Source: Nitrospirota bacterium (GTDB lineage: Bacteria; Nitrospirota; Nitrospiria; Nitrospirales; NS-4). From it: 64,000 nucleotides of DNA. The position numbers and the translations under genes are program-made. The notes beneath the pieces are model-generated. The model was not told the origin of the DNA. It saw only the letters and a program-made list of their open reading frames with translations, and made no database searches. The stretch spans positions 672,001-736,000 of the forward strand of contig CAWBGA010000017.1 of assembly GCA_963788195.1 (NCBI GenBank), written 5' to 3'. Below are positions 30,681-39,249 of this stretch, piece by piece (positions within the stretch are counted from its first letter, which is position 1; the number at the start of each line of letters is the position of its first letter).

Positions 30681-31582
30681 GGAGCCTCCTTTCGCGGCCC
30701 GTGTGCGCCCTGCGGGTGTTCGTCGGTATCCTCTGGCGTTTCCTTCGGTCCCACCGTCACATAGTGGAAGAAGGCTGTGAGCACGGCCACGCCGAGACTC
30801 AGCGACATGAACGGTTTGAGGATGCCTTTCCACAGCTCCACCCAAAGGCTGATGTGCGGATCCTTCGGCAGGTTGTTGTAGATCTGCGGCTGGTCGGCGT
30901 GCTGCAACACGTACATCACGTGCGTGCCGCCCACCCCCGGCGGATCGTACAGCCCGGCGTTGTTGTATCCGCGCGACTTGAGATCCACTATGCGCTCCTC
31001 GGCGTGCTGAATCATGTCCTCCTTGGAACCGAACACGAGCGCGCCGGTGGGGCAGGTCTTGACGCAGGCCGGTTCCACTCCCACGGACACCCGGTCGGAG
31101 CACAGCGTGCATTTGTACGCCTTGTCGTCCTTCTTAGAGATTCGGGGAATATTAAACGGGCAGCCGGTAATACAGTAGCCGCAGCCGATGCAGTGCTCCT
31201 CGTGAAAGTCCACGATGCCGTTGCTGTACTGCACGATCGCGCCCGGCGCGGGGCAGGCCTTCAGACAGCCGGGGTCGGCGCAGTGCATGCAGCCGTCCTT
31301 GCGGATCAGCCATTCGAGCTTGCCCTGCTCCACCTCCACTTCTGAGAAACGCATCACGGTCCAGGACTTGTCGGTGAGGTCGAGCGGGTTGTCGTAGACG
31401 CCGTGATTGGTGCCGATCTCATCGCGCAGGTCGTTCCACTCCATGCACGCCACCTGGCAGGCCTTGCAGCCGATGCACTTGGAGACGTCAATGAGCTTCG
31501 CGACTTTCTGCGTCTCGCGCACCCCCGGCGACGGCGTAGTGGTGGCCGAACGGGCCGTGATGTCGAGCGATTGCAGTGCCAT
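30677..31582 (-). CDS. fdnH: Formate dehydrogenase beta (Fe-S) subunit
   Basis: Four Fe-S motifs ([42 protein letters not shown]) and a C-terminal TM anchor. Confidence 0.96.
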   Translation of the reverse strand: MALQSLDITARSATTTPSPGVRETQKVAKLIDVSKCIGCKACQVACMEWNDLRDEIGTNHGVYDNPLDLTDKSWTVMRFSEVEVEQGKLEWLIRKDGCMHCADPGCLKACPAPGAIVQYSNGIVDFHEEHCIGCGYCITGCPFNIPRISKKDDKAYKCTLCSDRVSVGVEPACVKTCPTGALVFGSKEDMIQHAEERIVDLKSRGYNNAGLYDPPGVGGTHVMYVLQHADQPQIYNNLPKDPHISLWVELWKGILKPFMSLSLGVAVLTAFFHYVTVGPKETPEDTDEHPQGAHGPRKEAP

Positions 31583-31591
31583 ATCGCCTCC

Positions 31592-34500
31592 CTATAGCTT
31601 GTCAATGGTGACGAGGAACGCCTTGAATTCCGGCGTCTGGGTGTTCGCATCTCCCACGGATGGCGTCAGTGTGTTGGCAATGAAGCCGTTCTTCGCCAGT
31701 CCCTGGAAGCCCCAGTGGATCGGGATGCCGACCGTGTACACCTTCTTGCCGTAGACGTCCAATGTCCGGATGCGCTTGGTCACCACGGCCACCGCCTTGA
31801 TAAACCCGCGGATCGATCGCACCCTCACGCGGTCACCGCTCGCGATGTTCTTCATGCGGGCGAGGTCCTCGCCGATCTCCACGAACTGCTCCGGCTGCAT
31901 GATCGCACCGAGCCTCGTGTGCTTGGTCCAGTAGTGGAAATGCTCGGTGAGCCGGTAGGTGGTCGCCACGTACGGGAACTCCTCGGCATCGCCGAACTGG
32001 TCGAGGTCGTCCTTGAACACCCGCGCCGCCGGACTGTTCTTGGCCTTCGGGTTCTTGGGATGCAACGGATTCACAGTGAGCGGCGACTCGAACGGTTCAT
32101 AGTGCTCGGGAAACGGCCCGTCCCCCATCTTGTTCACGACGAAGAAGCGCCCCACGCCCTCCGAGTTCATGATGAACGGATTCATGCCGTCCGCGGGCGC
32201 GGCATCTACCTTGAAGTCCGGCACGTCCGGGCCGGTCCATTTGGCTCCGTCCCAGCCGATCAGCTTACGCTTCGGGTCCCACGGCTTGCCGGAGGGATCG
32301 CACGAGGCGCGGTTGTACTGGATGCGGCGGTTGGACGGCCACGCATATGCCCAGTTGAGGGTGTTGCCCAAACCGCTCGGGTCGGAATTGTCGCGCCGCG
32401 CCATGAGGTTGCCCTTCTCTGGCCAGGCACCGGAAAAGATCCAGCAGCCGCAAGCGGTCTTGCCGTCGTCCGTGAGTTGCCCGAACCCGTCCAACTGCTC
32501 ACCGGCCTTGCGCACCACCTTCTTCTCGTCCTTGGGGTCCATGAGGTCGGCGAGCGCTTTTCCGTTGAACTCGCGCGCCATCTCCTCGGGCGAAGGCGCA
32601 GACGAGATCGCGTAATTCCAGGTGAGATTCAGGACCGGGTCAGGGAACGCGCCGCCCTCCTTCTGATAGAGCTCGCGCAGCTTCAGGAAAATGCCGGCCA
32701 TGATCTCGATGTCCGACTTGGCCTCAGCCCGGCGGATCGGCGCCCTTCCAGTGCCACTGCAGCACGCGGCTGCTGCTCACCAACGAGCCGTCTTCCTCCG
32801 CGAAGCAGGTGGACGGCAACCGGAACACCTCGGTCTGGATCTTGGCCGGATCGACATCGTTGTACTCGCCGTGGTTCTCCCAGAAGGTCGAGGTCTCGGT
32901 CACCAGTGGATCGATCGTCACCAGATACTTGAGCTTGGTCAATGCCCTACCGACTTTGGCCTTGCACGGGAAAGCGGCAAGCGGGTTGAAGCCCTGACAG
33001 AAATACCCGTTCAGTTCGCCCTGATTCATGTCTTCGAACACCTGCAAGATGTCATGCGCCTTGTCGAGCTTCGGCAGGTAGTCGTAAGCGAAATTGTTGT
33101 CCTTATGCGCGGCGTCGCCATACCAGGCCTTCATCAAGCTCACGTGGAACTTGGCGTAGTTCTGCCAATACGAGAACTGACCCGGACGCAACGGCTTTTG
33201 CACGCGTTTCTCGATGTAGGCCTTGTAGTCGGTCTCCTTCTCGCGCGGCAGCGTCAGGTAACCGGGCAGCGCTTCGGACAACAATCCTAGGTCGGTCAGG
33301 CCCTGGATGTTGGAATGCCCGCGCAGTGCGTTCATGCCGCCGCCGACCATGCCGATATTGCCGAGCAGCAACTGCACCATGGCCGCGGTGCGGATCATCT
33401 GCGCTCCCACAGAGTGCTGTGTCCAGCCGAGCGCGTACAGGATGGTCAGGGTACGGTCCGGTGCCGAGGTCTCGGCGATCATCTCGCACACCTTGAGAAA
33501 CTGCTCCTTCGGCGTGCCGGTGATACTGCTCACGACCTCAGGCGTGTAACGAGCATAGTGCGTCTTCATCAGATTGAACACGCAGCGCGGGTTCGTGAGC
33601 GTCGGGTCGGTTTTGACATAGCCGTCAGCTCCTAACTCGTACATCCACGTGGTCTGGTCATACCTGCGTTTGGCTTCGTTGTACCCGGAGAACAGACCGT
33701 CTTCGAACGTGTAGTCGGCGCGCACGATGAAACCGACGTCGGTGTACGCCTTCACGTACTCGTGCTGGATCTTGTCGTTCGTGAGCAGGTAATTGATGAC
33801 GCCGCCCAGGAACGCGATGTCAGTCCCGGCGCGTATGGGGGCATAATAGTCGGCCACCGCTGCCGAACGCGTGAAGCGCGGATCGACCACGATCAGCTTG
33901 GCCTTGTTGTGTGCCTTGGCCTCCGTCACCCACTTGAAACCGCACGGGTGTGCTTCGGCGGCGTTGCCACCCATGACCAGAACCAGATTGGCATTCTTGA
34001 TGTCAACCCAGTGATTAGTCATCGCACCGCGGCCGAACGTCGGGGCAAGACTTGCCACCGTGGGGCCGTGTCAAACCCGCGCCTGATTATCGAATGCCAG
34101 CATCCCCAGACTGCGGACGACCTTGTGCGTGAAATAGCCGGACTCATTACTAGAGGCCGAGGCTGCGAGAAAGCCTGTGCTAAGCCACCGGTTGACCGTT
34201 GCGCCGTCGGCGTTCTTCGCGACGAAGTTTTGGTCGCGATCGTTCTTCATGAGGCGCGCGATACGGTCGAAGGCATCGTCCCATGAGATACGCACGAACT
34301 TGTCCGATCCGGGCGCGCGGTATTCCGGGTACTTGAGCCGGTTGGGGCTGTGCACGAAATCGAGCAGGCCAGCTCCCTTGGGGCAGAGCGTGCCCCGATT
34401 CACCGGGTGATCCGGATCGCCCTCAATATGAATGATGTCGGCCGGAGCATTCTTGGCCTTGTCACCAAGGCTGTACATTAGTATTCCGCAGCCGACCGAG

Positions 34501-34703
34501 CAGTACGGACAGGTGTTGCGTGTCTCGGTGGTGCGTGCCAGCTTGTACTCGCGTACCTCCGCCAGCACTTCGGTAGCCGAGAACCCCAGTATCGCGAGGC
34601 TCGATGCGCCGAGTCCGGCGGCACTGACTCCGGCGGCACTGGCTGCCCCGAATCGGAGGAACTGACGTCTGGTTACAGATAACATCACATTTCTCCTTTC
34701 CAT
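31592..34703 (-). CDS. fdnG: Formate dehydrogenase-N/O type alpha subunit, selenoprotein; one extra base near 32726
   Basis: Tat motif TRRQFL; CPYCSVGC; DNQARV-UGA(34071-34073)-HGPTVASLAPTFGRGAM; LRGHSNIQG. Removing one base at ~32726 restores PPGEAKSDIEIMAG. Alternative start at 34685. Confidence 0.94.
34030..34073 (-). promoter_or_regulatory. Sec UGA codon and bacterial SECIS hairpin
   Basis: TGA CAC GGC CCC ACG GT-GGCAA-GTC-TTGCC-CCG: a hairpin with an apical G at the usual position, similar to the enterobacterial fdnG SECIS. Confidence 0.9.
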
Positions 34704-34789
34704 CGAAAAGCACCTCGTTAGTTCGCATAACTCAACAGTGAGGTCCGCATTATCCTTTGTCTGCCTGCACCATCATGCCGAAGGACGGC

Positions 34790-34936
34790 GCAAGAACTGT
34801 TCCGTGGCGAGGCTGGCCAAGCGGGAGAGCGTAAGTTATTGAGAGAACAGGAAGGAAACGATTGTGTGAGATGTAAAGGGCAAGAATAGGGAAGAGATGG
34901 CTGCCGAGATATGGGCTTTGTGCTGATATATGGGCT
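34790..34936 (-). promoter_or_regulatory. Sigma-54 promoter P7 (upstream of the fdn/sel operon)
   Basis: CGGAAC-AGTTC-TTGC at 34790-34804. IHF-like TCTCAATAACTTA at 34832-34844. TGCCGAGATATGGGCT (34902-34917) and TGCTGATATATGGGCT (34921-34936). Confidence 0.82.
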
Positions 34937-35291
34937 CCGCCAGGGGGGCTTTCTTATTTCCATCGAAAAATACCTCCCATCATCTGTCCCAGGTCTTATC
35001 CCTCGCCGGGGACGCCTGGTATACTCATCTTCCTCCCTTGTTAAGAAATTCCGAGACAGGCGATGCGAGTGCCCGTTGGATATGATCTGACAGTCGCGGA
35101 CGGTTACCGGTTAGACAAGTCCGCGTGCGTGGGTCCGAAATATGGACTTCAGCGTACATCAGCCGATCTTCTCAAAATAATATTGCGCCTTTTCATCGTC
35201 GTCGGTCGCCCACAGAAGATGCAGAGGAGATCGCTTTTGTATCACGTACCTACCCTAACGAGCAGAAGTGCGGAAATGACCCAACTAATAG

Positions 35292-35428
35292 CTACTCCGC
35301 GCGGACAACCGGCACATCGACGAGGTGCTCCGCCAGGGTGCGTGCTGGTGCAGAATCGACCGGGCACTGTTGGTCTCCCGCGCGCTCTTGCTTACCGTCA
35401 CGTTGTGGTCAGGAGTCTTCGTGGTCAT
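35292..35428 (-). pseudogene. dps paralog with nearly all internal sequence deleted
   Basis: MTTKTPDHNVTVSKSARETNSARSILHQHA is joined out of frame to LAEHLVDVPVVRAE*; both ends match 6093..6713. Confidence 0.85.
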
Positions 35429-36395
35429 ACTCTTCCTCCTTGTTGTGGCGATTTGTGGGTCGCACCTCATGCGGTTTTGCGAACACCCCCTCAGGGACTG
35501 GGAGGCGGGCCAGGGGCTTCCCAGGACATCCGACCTCACGTTCGATCATCGCTTCTAGCACGACCTCCAGCCCAACGCGTCCTTTCTGCGTGCCGGCTCT
35601 CCCCCGCTCGAAGTCGATCCAGCCTTCGTTAAAGCCGTCGAGCATCTGAATGCGTGGAATAGGGTTTTTCATGCCCTGCGATTTGAAGAGCCGCTCCCAA
35701 GACTCGCGCGGCACGGCTTCCGCCCGAACTGGACGACCAAGGAGGTTTGCAAAAGTGGCGGCGATGTCGTTCGGCGTCACTCGTTGCGGTCCCTCGAGTT
35801 CGACAATGCGACGACCAGTCCACGTTTCCTGAAGCAGCCCAGCTGCCACTCTCCCAATGTCCTCCGTGGCTACCATCGGCACGGGCTTGTCGAGCGGTTG
35901 GAGGAAGCTCGGAATCAAGCCCTTGCCGCGGGCCTGCATCACGTCCCAGCGAGAGTTCTCCATGAACCACGCCGGACGCAGGAACGTCATTGGCATCGGC
36001 AATTGGCCGATTGCTCGCTCGATAATCGTGTGCTGGGTTAGCAAATTCGACTGGCTTACCTGCGCCCCAATCGTGGATAGGTAAACGACCCTGGCCGGAT
36101 GCGTTGCCGCCAGTGCGGCCGTCAGGATGACGGCCACTGCCCGCGCCTCAGAAAACCCGGGCGACGGGTCAAAGTTCGGTGGGACTAACACAAAGACGCC
36201 TTCGGCTCCCCGGAACGCGGCCGTCAGGGACGTTGCGTCCTCAACATCCGCCAGCGCGACTTCACAGCCACGATCCGCCCATGCTTGACCCTTGCCCGCG
36301 TCCCGCACGACGGCGCGCACCGGCTGCGTCGCGGCCAAAAGGGTACGTCCGACGGCGCCTCCGACCTGACCGGTGATTCCCATGATTGCGTACAT
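35409..36395 (-). CDS. NmrA-like NAD(P)H-binding protein
   Basis: GITGQVG, YLSTIGA, FLRPAWFMEN, MVATEDIG. The last ~40 aa may be read-through into intergenic DNA. Confidence 0.87.
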   Translation of the reverse strand: MYAIMGITGQVGGAVGRTLLAATQPVRAVVRDAGKGQAWADRGCEVALADVEDATSLTAAFRGAEGVFVLVPPNFDPSPGFSEARAVAVILTAALAATHPARVVYLSTIGAQVSQSNLLTQHTIIERAIGQLPMPMTFLRPAWFMENSRWDVMQARGKGLIPSFLQPLDKPVPMVATEDIGRVAAGLLQETWTGRRIVELEGPQRVTPNDIAATFANLLGRPVRAEAVPRESWERLFKSQGMKNPIPRIQMLDGFNEGWIDFERGRAGTQKGRVGLEVVLEAMIEREVGCPGKPLARLPVPEGVFAKPHEVRPTNRHNKEEEYDHEDS

Positions 36396-36438
36396 GACCG
36401 GGATTCCTTTGCCTCATATCTGAATTCCCTGGACCGGC

Positions 36439-37287
36439 TCAGGGCATCTGCTCGATGCCTTGTTCGCGCAACTTCTCTCGGTCTCGCACTGGCTCAAGGT
36501 GACGCACCTGGATGACATTGATCACCTTCTCGACACCTGGAACGGCTTCAGCGGCTTTCTCGGCCTCTTTCTTTTGAAGGGACCGTTCTACTGAACCACT
36601 CAGGGTGGCCACCTGATTCTTCACCTGAACCTTCAGCCTGTTCATCTGCTGACGTAAGGCATCGACGCCCCACAAGTTTTGCCAGATTGCCCTCTGCAAT
36701 CCGTGATCTTTCGTGTATGGCCCTGGCTCAACGATGATGCTATCCGTAACACTAACCACGCCGGGGACCGTGGTCGCAATCAGACTGGCCAAGCCTTTCT
36801 GATCATTGGTTTGGACTTCTCCGTAGAGTGTCACCTCGCCCCTGTTCACTCGGACGCCAAGCACCTCCCAATCAATCCGCCGATCTGTTCGGAGCCGTTC
36901 CTCGATGCGGGATCTGAGGTTTTCGTCGGCTTCGGATTGATCAGCGTTCGACTCTATCGCTTTTGTGGGCGAAGGCTGGGAAGCACCCTCGTTGCGGGAA
37001 CTATTCAGCTTGGTGATCGCCATGGCGATGCCATTGGCGGCTATTTCCGCTTCGATCTGATCGCCGACGAGTGGGGCGGGGTTCATCTTGGTCTCCTCGC
37101 TCACTTCGATATGAACATCTCTACCATTCGCATCCCTGACCAGAAAGCCTCCGACTTGATATTTCAACAGCTCACCGATCACGGTGTGAATGCCATCTTG
37201 CGCAAAGACACACGCGCCGATGACGAGCACTCCAAGGACCATTCCTAACGCATTCGAACCAAGCATCTTAAGATGAGACATAACCAT
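36439..37287 (-). CDS. Secreted protein with an OB-fold-like domain and two BON domains (OsmY-like)
   Basis: GEVTLYGEV...VPGVVSVTDSI and QVATLSGSV...VPGVEKVINVI. Confidence 0.85.
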   Translation of the reverse strand: MVMSHLKMLGSNALGMVLGVLVIGACVFAQDGIHTVIGELLKYQVGGFLVRDANGRDVHIEVSEETKMNPAPLVGDQIEAEIAANGIAMAITKLNSSRNEGASQPSPTKAIESNADQSEADENLRSRIEERLRTDRRIDWEVLGVRVNRGEVTLYGEVQTNDQKGLASLIATTVPGVVSVTDSIIVEPGPYTKDHGLQRAIWQNLWGVDALRQQMNRLKVQVKNQVATLSGSVERSLQKKEAEKAAEAVPGVEKVINVIQVRHLEPVRDREKLREQGIEQMP

Positions 37288-37405
37288 CTCCCTTCAATCA
37301 TTGCCACCACTTCTCAGCCTTAGCGCTCCCTGTGAACTTCCGCTAAGCCCTGTGTTCGGCCTTCGTGCCGAACAGCGGGCTGAAGGGTCCGCAATTCGCA
37401 AGATG

Positions 37406-37531
37406 TCAGCGCTTTACCGAGAGCTGACCTCCAATATGTCCAGGGTGTAACTGGCAATAATACCGAAACACGCTCTGATCGGTGCCGGTGGGGACGATAT
37501 GGCAATCTTCGGGGATTGCCCAGTCCATCAT
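37406..37531 (-). pseudogene. C-terminal fragment of a cupredoxin (nitrosocyanin-like)
   Basis: 41-aa ORF below the track cut-off, ending SVFRYYCQLHPGHIGGQLSVKR*. Confidence 0.55.
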
Positions 37532-37575
37532 GGAATTTAGCAACCCCCCTTTGATAAATCACGGCTTCGGCACCA

Positions 37576-38289
37576 TCAGCTTCCAAGAGCCTTGCCAAGT
37601 TCGTACATGAGACCGTTCACGGCATCCTCAAGGGCGACTGCCTGCACCGCTCCAGGGGGAAATGTTGCTCCGTCCGGGTAGATGAAATTGCTGGTGCGTC
37701 CCGGCGAAATAAGCGGGTAGAAAGGTCGGGCGTCCTCGTAGTCAGGAGCCAAAAGCTGCGCCTCTCCGTTCGCCACGACAAAAAACAGACTCTTTCCGCT
37801 GGCCAGGTCGAGACCCACCAAAGAGACCGTCATGAAAATTTTCGTGCGAGTGCTGACCGCACTCCCACCCCGGCCATAAAAGAGCCGCTGAGGACTCACC
37901 ACTTCGATACCATTTGGCATGACGACCAGCACCTGTGAGACGTTCAGCGGAGCGCTTGCCTTGCGAATATCGCTCAGCAGGTCCCCGCTGGAAACCGGAA
38001 GGATGGTCGCGCCAATAATTTCCAGTCGCTTTCCGTCCGTGAACTGAGCTTTGATCTTCTCAGCTAATTTGCCCTGCGCTTCCTGCGAAGGGACTGCTGA
38101 TCCAGCTGGCACAAGCCAGACCAGGCCGAACTTCGCTGGCTGAGCAAGCGTGATGTTCTGCAATGGCTTGGCACCGGCGAGGAAGGGGTTGGCCGGGGGC
38201 GGGTAGGTCTCAGGCACGCCGGCGCAGGCTGAGATGAAGATCGCAAGTGGAACTGCCGCGAGCAGAGATTTGATCGTCGTGCTGTTCAT
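37576..38289 (-). CDS. Lipoprotein, paralog of 14934..15635
   Basis: Lipobox ISAC; VGLDLASGKSLFFVVANGE aligns with AVVDLTTGRILLTAAGQE. Confidence 0.7.
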   Translation of the reverse strand: MNSTTIKSLLAAVPLAIFISACAGVPETYPPPANPFLAGAKPLQNITLAQPAKFGLVWLVPAGSAVPSQEAQGKLAEKIKAQFTDGKRLEIIGATILPVSSGDLLSDIRKASAPLNVSQVLVVMPNGIEVVSPQRLFYGRGGSAVSTRTKIFMTVSLVGLDLASGKSLFFVVANGEAQLLAPDYEDARPFYPLISPGRTSNFIYPDGATFPPGAVQAVALEDAVNGLMYELGKALGS

Positions 38290-38345
38290 GGCAAGAACTC
38301 CTTCTTGTGAGGAGATGTGATGCACATCGAATACCTCAAGCTATC

Positions 38346-38504
38346 GCAATCCCCGTTCCACACACACTCCCGACACGCTGAGAGCCATGAAGTCGCGGAA
38401 ACTCAGAGGGATTTATCGCAGGTGGGTCATCGATTCCGTTCTAAAAGAAGGGACGTTCCGAGGATATCGCGCCCAAATACTGGCACTATGCCCGTACATC
38501 GGCA
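38346..38504 (-). promoter_or_regulatory. Sigma-54 promoter P8 with tandem enhancer
   Basis: TGGAAC-GGGGA-TTGC at 38346-38360. CGCCCAAATACTGGCA (38470-38485) and TGCCCGTACATCGGCA (38489-38504). Confidence 0.78.
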
Positions 38505-38615
38505 GACGACGACGATGCGGAGGAAGAGCTGTTTAGAAGAGGGAAAATTTGAAATAGCGGGGAGTTCTAGTTGGAGTGTGCTTACGGCTCACTCACAGTT
38601 CTGGATGTGCCGCCT

Positions 38616-39125
38616 TCATCTCCGCTGACCGTCGGGTTTCAGAGACTTCACATGCCTGGCCCGTTGTTCTTTGGTCATTTTGTCGAGCCAGGCTTTATCC
38701 AACTTGCAAACTCCATTTTGTACCTTCTCAGCGATCGTCGTGTGCAGGACATCGATTCGTCTCAATTTGGCTTCGAAAGATTTGGCCATGTCATCGAACA
38801 TCTGCAGATCCCTGATAGTCCTTGTCTCAGTGCCCCGCGCAGCCATAGCTTTGTCCGTCCCTTCGATATAACCCAACAGTGTTTTTTCCAGACTCTTTAC
38901 GTCCTCCTCTAAGACGACCTCAGCCGCGCCCAATTTGTTTAGGATAGATTCCATATCACTCAGCCTCATTTCATTCTCCAGCATCAACATTTTCACGGCT
39001 GGACTGGCTTTTGTACCGGGCCCTTCTCGTTGAGCAAGAGCAGGAGAACCCACCAGTGCCGTGCACACAACGAGTAGGCAGGAAAGTGTTACCGATCCCT
39101 TCATAATTTCACCGCTAGAATTCAA
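38616..39125 (-). CDS. Secreted helical hypothetical protein
   Basis: Signal peptide ending PALA; no recognised family. Confidence 0.6.
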   Translation of the reverse strand: MNSSGEIMKGSVTLSCLLVVCTALVGSPALAQREGPGTKASPAVKMLMLENEMRLSDMESILNKLGAAEVVLEEDVKSLEKTLLGYIEGTDKAMAARGTETRTIRDLQMFDDMAKSFEAKLRRIDVLHTTIAEKVQNGVCKLDKAWLDKMTKEQRARHVKSLKPDGQRR

Positions 39126-39249
39126 CGAGGTAGTACACGCTCCATATGACTAAGCCGAGGGCCACGAGCTTGAGCCAAAAGGGAACAGCACCGTGCCGTT
39201 CCCGGATTCCCGACTCCTTGTAGAGGTACTCCTCCTGTTTTTCGGCCAT

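Noticed and set aside
32724..32726. Second TGA in fdnG as another selenocysteine
   Set aside because: The downstream homologous sequence is in a different frame. Removing one base restores PPGEAKSD, so this is an indel and not read-through.
26202..32932. Long plus-strand ORFs over the sel/fdn genes (e.g. 26202..27506, 31715..32932)
   Set aside because: High-GC shadow frames opposite well-supported genes.
35063..35280. ORFs between the dps relic and P7
   Set aside because: No recognisable motif or convincing RBS on either strand.
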